Shown here one piece after another: positions 55,266 to 64,000 of a stretch of 64,000 bases of DNA (position 1 is the first letter of the stretch; each line of letters begins with the position of its first letter). The DNA is from Fibrobacteria bacterium (GTDB taxonomy: Bacteria > Fibrobacterota > Fibrobacteria > UBA11236). The stretch is from assembly GCA_043745805.1 (NCBI GenBank), contig JAYTSD010000008.1, positions 97,943-161,942 on the forward strand. Direction: 5' to 3'. Made by a program: the position numbers and the translations under genes. The notes beneath the pieces were generated by a model, which was not told the DNA's origin, did no database searches, and saw only the letters and a program-made list of their open reading frames with translations.

Positions 55266-56115
55266 ACAAAAAGCTTTGCATCAATATTCCGGTCACCTAG
55301 TCGTGGCTTGGATTCGATTTTTACAAAAATGTCCCATACGCTTAACTTCATTCATTTTGAGTTTACTCCTTCCTTGCTATTTCTTGTTACGGTCTTCTCA
55401 CATAAAAAAAGTAAGTTTACAATTAAAAAAGTGTTTTCCAGCATTAACGATACGTTCCTATTATCATCGCCGACTTTATTTGTATTTAATGAATATTCAG
55501 CTGCATGGACGGCCTTTAAACAAAAGTAAAATTCAATTTTTGCAAAAAGAAAATTATGATCAAGCCTTAACTCAAAATAGGCCCATTATACTTTTAGGCT
55601 TGCATGCGGGACTCTTTGAGTTTTTGCATAAGGCTCCTGCAAAGCCGTTAAACAAAGATTTTTACATACTCACCGCTAAGGCCTTTGCCGATCCCTTATC
55701 CACTTATATGCGTAATGGTCGAGAAATAGAAGGAAAAAAAATCCTTTGGAATACGGGCGAAACATGGAGGTTACGTAAAGTTTTAAGAACAAATTCCATT
55801 CTCGCCTTAATGATCGATCAATTCCCCAGCCAATCCAACGAAAATTTAAAGCTCTGGAATTGCTTAAGCCTACCTTGTAGTACGCATTTATTACAACTTT
55901 GCTTGCAATATAAAGCCCTACTCATTCCCATTTCTACCTATTTAGATCCACAAAATCAGCCTATACTAAAATTCCATTCTGCATTTTCCCTTGCCGATGC
56001 CAGTTCTGAATCTTTAATAAAATTTATGCAAGCGTTTTTAGAAGAGGCCATTGCCAAGGCGCCCTTGGATTGGAATTGGTCTTATCCTAAACTGAAAATT
56101 TATTCTGGAGCATAA
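55246..56115 (+). CDS. LpxL/HtrB-family lipid A (lysophospholipid) acyltransferase-like protein
   Basis: 289 aa. No in-frame ATG occurs near the 5' end, so a TTG or GTG start is likely. GLHAGLFEF (HxxxxE-type block) and ALMIDQ block. Confidence 0.55.
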   Translation: MPITAFKQKALHQYSGHLVVAWIRFLQKCPIRLTSFILSLLLPCYFLLRSSHIKKVSLQLKKCFPALTIRSYYHRRLYLYLMNIQLHGRPLNKSKIQFLQKENYDQALTQNRPIILLGLHAGLFEFLHKAPAKPLNKDFYILTAKAFADPLSTYMRNGREIEGKKILWNTGETWRLRKVLRTNSILALMIDQFPSQSNENLKLWNCLSLPCSTHLLQLCLQYKALLIPISTYLDPQNQPILKFHSAFSLADASSESLIKFMQAFLEEAIAKAPLDWNWSYPKLKIYSGA

Positions 56116-57317
56116 TCCATAAATTTTTGTTCCCACACTAAGGGGAAACTTATTTCCGAAAAATGAATCACTAAAATTTTATTTTGTTCAGGAAAACCCA
56201 AATTAATTTTTTTAATTAATGGCTCTGGTCGTAAACCTTCAAAATGAAACCAAAGTTGTGCGCGTAAGTTTTTCGCTTCCTTTACTTTGCCATTTTGCGC
56301 ATACACATAATAAAGCAGTTGCGCCATTTTCCGTCGCAAAGGATCTTTCGGCAAACCTTCTTCCAAAATTTTTTGAGCTTTTCTTAAATCCATAAACACA
56401 CCATAATCACAAAGCACTTGAGCATATAACTCATACACAAATGGATCGGAAATACCCGCCTCAAAAGCCGCTATGATACATTTTTCAGCAAAGGCATAAT
56501 AACCCACATGATAATAAACCTCGGCCAAGTCTAGCCAAGCCGGACCATTCTTAGGCACACCCTCTAATCCCCGATTAAAATATTTAATCGCATCGTCATA
56601 TTGTTTATGACTTTTTAAAAATCGTCCATAAGCAATTTGAATTTCAAAAAGCGAATCTTGCCAAGAAGATTGTTGCAAAAGATAATTGCCTAATTCTTCT
56701 TCTGATAAAATCGATTTTAGCAAATAACCTTTTGCCTGCACGGCCCATTTATTTTTCGGCGCATATTGTAAAGCCTTTTCCATTAAGGCATTGGCTTGTT
56801 GTGTTCGGCCATGGCTCATATAAATAGAAAACAAATTTCTCCATGCCCCTTCGGATACGGGAGAAGTTTGATTCAAAGTTTTAACCCAATCCGCTTCGGC
56901 TTCTTTTTCAAATCCCATTAAATACAATAAAGTTCGGACATCATGATCAAAACAAGCGCGTAACATTTTTGATAATTTCATTTTTTTTAAATTTGCCAAG
57001 CGCTCCTTCGATTTCATAAACCGACCTTGCACCAAAGCATTTAAACCCAACAAAAATTCCTTTTGCACTGCATTGATTTTATGGCTTCGCATGGGCATAG
57101 CCAATAAATTTTTTTGGGCTTTACTTGAATCTAAAGCCAAAAAATACTCCACCGCAATATCTCCAAGCGAATCGGGAGTCGCTAAATACAAGGGCATCGA
57201 ATGCAAATCTCCTGCCACATTGGCAGTACTGTTTAGCTTTATATAGACAATAGATTCCCCCGAGCAAAAGCTCGTCAAAATCCAAACCCATATCCAAATC
57301 CAAAGCCAACTCTTCAT
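56100..57317 (-). CDS. TPR-repeat protein with hydrophobic Trp-rich N-terminus
   Basis: Several TPR-like helical pairs (for example AWLDLAEVYYHVGYYAFAEKCIIAAFE). The start at 57317 (MKSWLWIWIWVWILTSFCSG) avoids overlapping dcd. The track ORF extends to 57386. Confidence 0.7.
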   Translation of the reverse strand: MKSWLWIWIWVWILTSFCSGESIVYIKLNSTANVAGDLHSMPLYLATPDSLGDIAVEYFLALDSSKAQKNLLAMPMRSHKINAVQKEFLLGLNALVQGRFMKSKERLANLKKMKLSKMLRACFDHDVRTLLYLMGFEKEAEADWVKTLNQTSPVSEGAWRNLFSIYMSHGRTQQANALMEKALQYAPKNKWAVQAKGYLLKSILSEEELGNYLLQQSSWQDSLFEIQIAYGRFLKSHKQYDDAIKYFNRGLEGVPKNGPAWLDLAEVYYHVGYYAFAEKCIIAAFEAGISDPFVYELYAQVLCDYGVFMDLRKAQKILEEGLPKDPLRRKMAQLLYYVYAQNGKVKEAKNLRAQLWFHFEGLRPEPLIKKINLGFPEQNKILVIHFSEISFPLVWEQKFMDYAPE

Positions 57318-57357
57318 TCCTACAACATAATATTTTACTACTTTGAAGGGCACAATT

Positions 57358-57930
57358 ATGATACTCACAGGCCCAGAAATACTCAAAGAAATTGAATCCG
57401 GACAAATTGCGATTAGCCCTTATACCAGCACGCATTTAGGTCCCAACTCTTATGATGTCACCTTAAATGCCAAACTCTTAACTTACGATTTAGCCCCAGG
57501 CCAAGCGCTAGACATGAAAAAAAACAATCCCACTCGTGAATTATTTATTCCCGACGAAGGCATGATTTTGGAGCCAGGCAAATTGTATATCGGTTGCACC
57601 AATGAAACCGCTACCAGCCGCCGCTATGTCCCCATGTTCGAAGGGCGCAGCTCTATAGGGCGCTTAGGCATTAACACGCATATTACCGCAGGCTTTGGCG
57701 ATGTGGGCTGGGGTTATGTGGCGAATGCGCAGGGTGAATTAATTTGTTTAAATCCAACTTGGACTTTAGAAATTGAAGTGGTGCATCCGATTCTCGTTTA
57801 TCCCAATGTGCGTATAGGCCAAGTGTATTTTATGGCACCGCAAGGTGAATTACGTTTTTATAAGGGCAAATACAGCCAACAAAAAGAACCGCAAGCCAGT
57901 CAGTTGTATAAGGATTTTGAAGCGCCTTAA
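57358..57930 (+). CDS. dcd: dCTP deaminase
   Basis: The ATG at 57358 gives MILTGPEILKEIESGQIAISPY. LGPNSYDVTL and FEGRSSIGRLGI blocks. Confidence 0.9.
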   Translation: MILTGPEILKEIESGQIAISPYTSTHLGPNSYDVTLNAKLLTYDLAPGQALDMKKNNPTRELFIPDEGMILEPGKLYIGCTNETATSRRYVPMFEGRSSIGRLGINTHITAGFGDVGWGYVANAQGELICLNPTWTLEIEVVHPILVYPNVRIGQVYFMAPQGELRFYKGKYSQQKEPQASQLYKDFEAP

Positions 57931-58220
57931 AGGTATTTAAAGGGGACGTAACGCATTAGTTACTCCCCCTAGCCTCGGCTTCACAAAATTGTTCGGATAT
58001 TGAATATGTCGGAATGCCCGAACAATTTCGCGTGATCCTCATCTACCCCCTCGGAGACAAATAAAAAAGTTTAGCTCAAGAAATTTGCATATATACATTT
58101 GTATGCGAGTCTTTACGTAATTGGAAAGAAGCGAAACGCTTAGTGACATCATAACCGCACACACCGTCCACCACATAAAGATGTTGGGATTGTTTGGATC
58201 TATGGCCATCCCTTTTAAAC

Positions 58221-58252
58221 AAAAAAAATCCCCCGCTTTGCAGCGAGGGATT
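58221..58252 (-). terminator. Rho-independent terminator of glnA
   Basis: On the minus strand there is a 10-bp GC-rich stem AATCCCTCGC/GCGGGGGATT with a 6-nt loop, then a T-tract. It lies 25 nt after the glnA stop. Confidence 0.75.
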
Positions 58253-58276
58253 CAGTATTAATATTTTAACTATTAC

Positions 58277-60460
58277 TTAGTATACGAACAATAATTCGCG
58301 ATACTTAGGCAATGGCCAAATGCTATCATCTACATAGAGTTCCAAACTATCTGCAATGTCACGCACAGCGTTCATAGCAGGGATTACTTCATTGAGATAA
58401 ACAATTGCAGCTTTATGCACCGATTCGCCTAAAGCCTTTTCGGTAATCACTTGCAAGGCGTCGAGCTTAGTAAGTAAGCCAGAGTTCATGCCAGCAATTT
58501 TTTCCAAGAGACTTTCTTGCGCTTTAAAATCAGCTTTAGGAGCAGCACTCTTGGCAGAGACTAAACCATCAGCTAATTGCTTTTGATATTTCATTGCCGC
58601 AGGAGAAATAATCGAGCGAGCAATTTCAATAGTCATTTGTGCTTCAATATTCAAAGTCTTGTTATAACGTTCAAAGAAAATTTCTTCGCGGGATTCACTT
58701 TCCTTAGCGCTCAACACATGATACTTTTCAAACAAAGCAATAGTCTCGGGTTCAACCCAAGCTTTTAAGGCTTCTGGAGTATTTTTTGCATTGCGCAAAC
58801 CACGTTTTGCCGCTTCATTATGCCATTCTTGCGAATAACCATTTCCATCAAAGCAAATACGTTTATGCTTGCCTAAAATATCTTTTAACAAGGCATTTAA
58901 GGCCGTGGTAAAATCTTTACCACCTTTAATTGCTGCATCTAATTGATCGCAAATATATTCCAAGGATTCTGCAGTAATAGTATTTAATACAGTATTCACC
59001 AAAGCAATATTTGTAGAAGAACCTTGAGCGCGGAATTCGAACTTATTGCCAGTAAAAGCAAACGGCGAAGTACGGTTTCGGTCGGTAGCATCTTTACGTA
59101 ATGGAGGAATAGCAGTTACCCCTACTTTTAAATCTCCACCTTGATTAGAGGAGGTTTTAGTTCCCGAAGCCAACTGTTCGATAATTTCGGCCAATTGAGA
59201 ACCTAGGAAAACGGAAATAATTGCAGGAGGGGCTTCGTTAGCACCCAAACGATGGTCATTACCAGCGGTAGCAACGGAGGCACGTAAGACGCCCTGATAC
59301 TTATCTACAGCGCGAATTAAGGCGGTAAGTACCGTTAAGAACTGAGCATTGTCATGAGGCGTTAAGCCGGGTTCTAATAAATTGCCTACTTCAGGACCAC
59401 CTAAAGACCAGTTGTTATGCTTGCCCGAACCATTTACACCTTTAAAAGGTTTTTCATGCAATAAGCAAACTAAACCATGTTTAACGGCGGTATTAGTCAT
59501 CACTTCCATCACCATTAAATTATGATCGGAACCGATATTCACATTTTCATAAACGGGAGCCAACTCAAATTGAGCCGGAGCCACTTCATTATGACGTGTT
59601 TTAGCTGGAATACCAAGCTTAAATAATTCCATTTCCATTTCTTGCATATAAGCAAGAATGCGATCTTTAATCGATCCAAAATAATGATCTTCAAGCTCTT
59701 GTCCCTTTGGAGGAGGGGCACCAAATAAAGAACGGCCAGAAGCGATTAAATCCGGACGCAAAGTGTACATGGCTTTATCGATTAAGAAATATTCTTGCTC
59801 AGGACCAACCGAAGCACCAATATGATTCACATTCTTACCGAAAAATTTAAGCAAGCGTACAGCTTGTTTGGATAAGGCTTCATTGGAACGTAACAATGGG
59901 GTTTTTAAATCTAAAGCTTCGCCAGTCCATGAACAGAAGGCTGTGGGGATGGTTAAGGTTTTGCCATTTAAGCTTTCGCGAATAAATACCGGCGAAGTTG
60001 GATCCCAAGCAGTATAGCCACGGGCTTCAAATGTTGCGCGAATACCGCCACTTGGAAATGAAGATGCATCAGGCTCGCCTTGCAATAATTCCTTACCACC
60101 AAATTCAGCGATAGTAAGTCCTTCGCCGTCAGGGCTCAAAAAGGAATCATGCTTTTCAGCTGTTAAACCTGTAAGCGGTGTAAACCAATGCGTATAGTGA
60201 CTAACGCCTTTTTCAATGGCCCATTGCTTCATGCCTTTGGCAATTTGATCCGCTAAATCGCGATCCAAAGCAGAACCTGTGTCCACAGTCTTGCGCAAAG
60301 CTTTATAAATCACTTTAGTTAAATATTTTCTTTGTTCGGCTTCACCAAAAACATTGGTTCCATAAATTTCGGTAGCAAATTTTTGTGAATAATCGACGGT
60401 TTGCGTTGGAATTTTCGCCGTGCTGGCTTTTTCCAAGGCTCTCATCCTTGCAGTAGACAT
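58277..60460 (-). CDS. glnA: Type III glutamine synthetase
   Basis: 727 aa, the size class of GSIII. Includes the NGSGKHNNWS block and a long C-terminal extension. Confidence 0.9.
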   Translation of the reverse strand: MSTARMRALEKASTAKIPTQTVDYSQKFATEIYGTNVFGEAEQRKYLTKVIYKALRKTVDTGSALDRDLADQIAKGMKQWAIEKGVSHYTHWFTPLTGLTAEKHDSFLSPDGEGLTIAEFGGKELLQGEPDASSFPSGGIRATFEARGYTAWDPTSPVFIRESLNGKTLTIPTAFCSWTGEALDLKTPLLRSNEALSKQAVRLLKFFGKNVNHIGASVGPEQEYFLIDKAMYTLRPDLIASGRSLFGAPPPKGQELEDHYFGSIKDRILAYMQEMEMELFKLGIPAKTRHNEVAPAQFELAPVYENVNIGSDHNLMVMEVMTNTAVKHGLVCLLHEKPFKGVNGSGKHNNWSLGGPEVGNLLEPGLTPHDNAQFLTVLTALIRAVDKYQGVLRASVATAGNDHRLGANEAPPAIISVFLGSQLAEIIEQLASGTKTSSNQGGDLKVGVTAIPPLRKDATDRNRTSPFAFTGNKFEFRAQGSSTNIALVNTVLNTITAESLEYICDQLDAAIKGGKDFTTALNALLKDILGKHKRICFDGNGYSQEWHNEAAKRGLRNAKNTPEALKAWVEPETIALFEKYHVLSAKESESREEIFFERYNKTLNIEAQMTIEIARSIISPAAMKYQKQLADGLVSAKSAAPKADFKAQESLLEKIAGMNSGLLTKLDALQVITEKALGESVHKAAIVYLNEVIPAMNAVRDIADSLELYVDDSIWPLPKYRELLFVY

Positions 60461-60689
60461 GTGACCCTCTCTTTTTGATGATATGTGTAAAACAGCTATG
60501 TATATTCTGGTTTACATTTACTGAACAGAAATTTATCTGTATCGGATAGAGATTTCAAGACAAGAAAAGAGATCAAGAAAAATTAATTGTTAAGGAATGT
60601 ATCGATTTCATCAATTTCCTCATTTTATTTGTCATTACTTGTCAATATTAGAGTTTACTAGGCAACCATTAGCGGATTAGGAGCATAAT

Positions 60690-61442
60690 TTGCCTCAGCC
60701 ACAACATCGCTCAAACGCAACTCCTCATAAAAAAAAGGCGGGTTTCAACCCACGGCCCGGAGCAAACCGGCCTTTCACAAAATCAGGGAAACCCAAAGGG
60801 CCGTCCCCTACGCCCGCACTTTTAGATCAGTATCTCAAAAGTTATGGGGTAACATTAAAAACACCCGTGCTCGATAAACTTTGGGCCTACCATCAACTGT
60901 TACGCAAACACAATCACGATCAGGATTTAACACGCCTCATAGGTTTTGAAACTATTGCGCAAAGACACTATGCCGATTGCATGATTTTGCATAATAAAAT
61001 GGGTGGAGTTTGGCCGAGTCCACTTGTAGATATTGGCAGTGGTGCAGGATTTCCAGGCATTATGCTTAAATTAATGTCACCCAAAACCAAAATTGTATTA
61101 GCGGAACCTAGGCCAAGGCGCGTAGACTTTCTCAACCTCGTCATTTCCGAATTAGGCTTGCAAGATATTTCGGTATTCGGTCATAAGGTAACTTCTAAAA
61201 GTTTAACCGATCCCTTTGCCGGAGCCATTACTCGGGCCTTTGAAGACATTTCAATAACGCTATTACGCGTATCCAAAGCTTTAAGCGTGGGCGGCCAAGC
61301 CATGTTTATGAAAGGTCCTGCGGTAGTTGAAGAATTAAAAACCCTAGATCATCCTGGCTGGAAATTAACCAAAAACGAAGTCTATCGTATTCCAAATACC
61401 ACACTGGATAGAGCGCTAGTCATATTTGAAAGAATTGAATGA
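60690..61442 (+). CDS. rsmG: 16S rRNA (guanine527-N7)-methyltransferase with basic N-terminal extension
   Basis: 250 aa with a TTG start. SAM motif VDIGSGAGFPGI, LAEPRPRRVDFL, and RAF near the C-terminus. The first 45 aa or so are Pro/Lys-rich. Confidence 0.85.
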   Translation: MPQPQHRSNATPHKKKAGFNPRPGANRPFTKSGKPKGPSPTPALLDQYLKSYGVTLKTPVLDKLWAYHQLLRKHNHDQDLTRLIGFETIAQRHYADCMILHNKMGGVWPSPLVDIGSGAGFPGIMLKLMSPKTKIVLAEPRPRRVDFLNLVISELGLQDISVFGHKVTSKSLTDPFAGAITRAFEDISITLLRVSKALSVGGQAMFMKGPAVVEELKTLDHPGWKLTKNEVYRIPNTTLDRALVIFERIE

Positions 61443-62194
61443 AAAATCCTAAAGAAAAAGAAGCTGTTTCACTGCTGCATCAACAAGGTTTCGGCTCAAA
61501 AAAAAATTGTGCAAAATTAATTTATAAACACCTAGCTTTTTATTCGATTGCTTTAGGCAGTGACAAAAAAATGTTTATGCCCATCGTAGAACCCTCACAA
61601 CCCATTCCTTGCGAAAATATTTTTTTAAAAGTGGAAGGTTTAGAAATTCCGGTATTACCAGAACTTTATTTGGCATTTCACAAGCCACTGAATACCGAAT
61701 GCAGTCATCAACCGGGTAATTATCCCAGTGTTTTTTCTTATTTTCCTGCGCCCTTTATCACGCGTAATTTACAAGCCATTGGCCGACTCGATACCGATAC
61801 ATCGGGGTTACTCTTACTCACCACCGATGGCGATTTTAATCATCGCTTAACTTCGCCCAAAAAACACATCTCCAAAACCTATGAAGTGGTTTTAGGCACC
61901 CCCATCACCGATGAACAAATACAAGTGCTTACCGAAGGCGTGCTCTTAAAAGGGGAAACCAATTCCACTTTGCCAGCGCAAATAAAAGAAACCGGAGACC
62001 GGAAAATTCAATTAACTATTACGGAAGGTCGCTATCATCAAGTGAAACGCATGCTTGCTGCCGTGGGTAACAAAGTTCTGTCCTTGCATCGTAGTGCCAT
62101 TGGTGATTTCAACGTAACCGACATTCCCGTGGGCGAATGGAGAATTTTAAGCAAAAAAGAATATTTACTTTTGGGTGTGGAACCCAAACGATGA
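61439..62194 (+). CDS. rsuA: RsuA-family rRNA pseudouridine synthase
   Basis: 251 aa. Catalytic block GRLDTDTSGLLLLTTDG, plus KTYEV and GRYHQVKRM. The exact target (16S pseudouridine 516 versus 23S sites) cannot be fixed by eye. ATGA overlap with rsmG. Confidence 0.75.
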   Translation: MKNPKEKEAVSLLHQQGFGSKKNCAKLIYKHLAFYSIALGSDKKMFMPIVEPSQPIPCENIFLKVEGLEIPVLPELYLAFHKPLNTECSHQPGNYPSVFSYFPAPFITRNLQAIGRLDTDTSGLLLLTTDGDFNHRLTSPKKHISKTYEVVLGTPITDEQIQVLTEGVLLKGETNSTLPAQIKETGDRKIQLTITEGRYHQVKRMLAAVGNKVLSLHRSAIGDFNVTDIPVGEWRILSKKEYLLLGVEPKR

Positions 62195-63318
62195 ATCCGA
62201 AGTATGCTACAAAGCCAAGCAAATCTATTTCCTTGGATCCAGCGGTTACCCTACTGACCGAAAAATATACGCCTCAAGGACAAGCTTTACTGATAATAGA
62301 AGCGCAACCTGCTTGGGTTGAAAAACTCACTACGCATTTTGAAAAAGTAGTTTGTCAAAATTCCTTATTAGATGAATATCAAGCTTGTCAAATGGCGGGT
62401 AAGGATGCAAAAAAAATTACCTGCATTTTAGGTGAAATTCCATTTGCCGGATCTACATACTGGGTCAATCAATCCTTTGATGAAATTATTTATCGAATTC
62501 AACGTAGCTCCGCACAAGTCCATGCCACCTTGCAACAAGCCTTTGCGCTGTTAAAAATTGGTGGTCGATTAACCGTAACCGGAGCAAATCAAGAGGGCAT
62601 TAAAAGTGCCGCCAAGCATGGCGAAAACCTGTTTGGTAATTTAAATATTCTGACCTTAAAATCATCGTGCCGACTCTTACAATTTCAAAAAGAAAATACG
62701 CTTCCAAATTGCGATTTAGACGATGAAAAATATTTTGTTGACCGCGAATATACCGTAACTTTTGGGTTACATTCTTTTAGCTATGTCACCAAGCCTGGAA
62801 TATTTTCCTATCGCCATACCGATGCCGCTAGCCTTTTTTTATTACAAACGATGCCTTCCCTAGCCGGAAAAAAAGTCTTGGACTTGGCCTGTGGTTGCGG
62901 TGTATTGGCGTTAGGAGCGCATTTTTTAGGAGCCCAGTCTGTAGATGGCGTAGACAGTAATTTTGTAGCCACGGAATGCGCAAAACGCAATTTTGTAAAG
63001 GCCGGTTTAACGGGTGAAATTAGCTGCGCCGATATGCTCAATAGTAACGCAGATAAAATAAGTGAACTCTATGATGTCATTATTTGCAATCCGCCTTTTC
63101 ATCATGGAAGCCAAACCGATTATACGCTTCCGCAAAAGACTTTAGAAACCTGTTTACTAAGACTTAATGACGGTGGCGAAGTTTATTTAGTAGCCAATCA
63201 GTTCTTGGATTATATGCGGCCTGGAAAAAATTTATTTGCCGACTGCGAACAAATTGCCCAAGATAAAAGTTATCGTGTTTATCGTTTTCGTAAATCACTT
63301 CACGAACAATCGACTTAA
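62191..63318 (+). CDS. RsmC/RsmD-like two-domain rRNA (guanine-N2) methyltransferase
   Basis: ATG at 62191 (ATGA overlap). The C-terminal domain has VLDLACGCGVL (SAM binding) and ICNPPFH (N-methyltransferase motif IV). The N-terminal domain is a degenerate MTase-like fold, as in RsmC. Confidence 0.7.
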   Translation: MNPKYATKPSKSISLDPAVTLLTEKYTPQGQALLIIEAQPAWVEKLTTHFEKVVCQNSLLDEYQACQMAGKDAKKITCILGEIPFAGSTYWVNQSFDEIIYRIQRSSAQVHATLQQAFALLKIGGRLTVTGANQEGIKSAAKHGENLFGNLNILTLKSSCRLLQFQKENTLPNCDLDDEKYFVDREYTVTFGLHSFSYVTKPGIFSYRHTDAASLFLLQTMPSLAGKKVLDLACGCGVLALGAHFLGAQSVDGVDSNFVATECAKRNFVKAGLTGEISCADMLNSNADKISELYDVIICNPPFHHGSQTDYTLPQKTLETCLLRLNDGGEVYLVANQFLDYMRPGKNLFADCEQIAQDKSYRVYRFRKSLHEQST

Positions 63319-63848
63319 TCCTTCCATTGCGGGCCCCATGATTTAGGCGGGCCCGAATCTTCTAACGTATCTTTATTGTTACCTTTAGATTCAATCCCTT
63401 CGAGCTTTTCAATTACAAGATCTAAATCCTCTTGGTTTTTGACTATCGCAAAAAGTTGATTAGCCGTAAGCAGCGCAAGTTCTTTCGCAATCTCCAATCT
63501 TTCATTTTCGCCTAAATGCTCAAAGCGCGAGGACCAAGCAAAAAAAGCTTGTTTAATTTTTTCTGCGCCACCTTCTTTAGTATTCACTTGCTTAGACATA
63601 AGATATCTCCTATAAAAAACTTGCGCCTCCTCAACTGTCGTAAGCAAATGCTCGGCTAATTTTTCCAAAGACCATTTACCTTGTAAGGCCTTAGCCATAG
63701 TAATCACGGCAGCCGGAGCAACTTCGCTCCAACGATAATGTGTGGGCTTAAGATTTAAATATTCGCGATAGGATAATGCGAAGGTATCCGCTACCCAGCA
63801 ATCTTGTAGCAAAAATTTTTGCTTAGGATTTTTATCCGTAGGAATCAT
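63315..63848 (-). CDS. Hypothetical protein
   Basis: 177-aa ORF with no recognised domain. Its start shares 1 nt with the stop of the upstream partial ORF (TAATG). Confidence 0.5.
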   Translation of the reverse strand: MIPTDKNPKQKFLLQDCWVADTFALSYREYLNLKPTHYRWSEVAPAAVITMAKALQGKWSLEKLAEHLLTTVEEAQVFYRRYLMSKQVNTKEGGAEKIKQAFFAWSSRFEHLGENERLEIAKELALLTANQLFAIVKNQEDLDLVIEKLEGIESKGNNKDTLEDSGPPKSWGPQWKD

Positions 63849-64000
63849 TAAGCATCCTCGCTGAGGCCGCCTTCTACCCCATCCTTAACCACATCACTAA
63901 ATTCGCTGTCTAAATTCGCCAAAACATCTTTTACTTTCGCTTCGGTTTCCGTTAAAACACTTTTGCAATATTTTAATAAACCGGCGGCTTCTACCACGCG
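63848..64000 (-). CDS. Hypothetical protein, C-terminal 50 codons (gene runs off the right edge)
   Basis: Own translation is open from position 64000: RVVEAAGLLKYCKSVLTETEAKVKDVLANLDSEFSDVVKDGVEGGLSEDA*. It is coupled to the downstream ORF. Confidence 0.4.
   Translation of the reverse strand, partial: RVVEAAGLLKYCKSVLTETEAKVKDVLANLDSEFSDVVKDGVEGGLSEDA

Noticed and set aside
57262-57310. Hexamer-like DNA repeat (ATCCAA-like units: AAATCCAAACCCATATCCAAATCCAAAGCCAA) that looked like a microsatellite.
   Set aside because: It is coding. On the minus strand it encodes the hydrophobic N-terminal segment WLWIWIWVWIL of the TPR protein. It is a curiosity of alternating Trp codons, not a non-coding repeat array.
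1-64000. Searched by eye for CRISPR arrays, IS elements with terminal inverted repeats, prophage genes, rRNA, tmRNA and RNase P RNA.
   Set aside because: No regularly spaced direct repeats, no transposase, integrase or recombinase motifs in any ORF, and no recognisable conserved RNA cores. A computational scan (Infernal/Rfam, CRISPR finders, ISfinder) would be needed to be certain.

Overview
This is a 64-kb, densely packed chromosomal segment from a low-GC bacterium (about 40% GC by eye, not computed). The cell is probably diderm, given an LpxL-like acyltransferase, lipoproteins and outer-membrane beta-barrel candidates. I cannot assign a lineage from sequence alone. I support about 55 protein genes, one tRNA-Arg(ACG), three intrinsic terminators and two tentative promoters. 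I saw no rRNA, CRISPR array, transposase, integrase or phage gene.

Most genes are housekeeping:
- Purine and aromatic amino acid synthesis: purEK, guaA, aroE, aroK-aroB, thrC.
- Translation and rRNA modification: proS, hflX, rsmG, an rsuA-like gene and an rsmC-like gene.
- Envelope and lipid: gpsA, a class A PBP, a mraY-like gene.
- Other metabolism: mgsA, pepA, dcd, type III glnA, an acyl-CoA dehydrogenase and a GH57 branching enzyme.

Loci worth a second look:
1. 29.8-31.4 kb: an orphan, very divergent tubulin/FtsZ-superfamily GTPase with recognisable T1, T4 and T7 motifs. A small two-TM Cys/His-rich protein follows it.
2. 33.4-40.7 kb: a capsule/EPS-like module. It holds a Wzi-like outer-membrane protein and a tri-domain fusion (phosphoglycosyl transferase + STAS-like module + PEP-CTERM-type polysaccharide deacetylase/DUF3473). 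A GAF/sigma-54 activator and a candidate -24/-12 promoter sit upstream of the fusion.
3. 9.2-11.3 kb: three consecutive genes with no domain I can recognise, one a double zinc ribbon.
4. 42.4-56.1 kb: an 11-gene co-directional array with overlapping stops and starts. It contains hflX-DUF58-BatA_N without a MoxR ATPase. It also contains a divergent mraY outside any dcw context, next to an SDR whose catalytic Lys is replaced by Met and a eukaryote-type UDP-GlcNAc pyrophosphorylase.
5. Smaller signals: an A9 tract that takes an ATG out of frame upstream of a lipoprotein gene, Lys/Pro-rich basic tails on unrelated proteins, and structured intergenic hairpins.

All family assignments come from motif recognition by eye. 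No database search was run.
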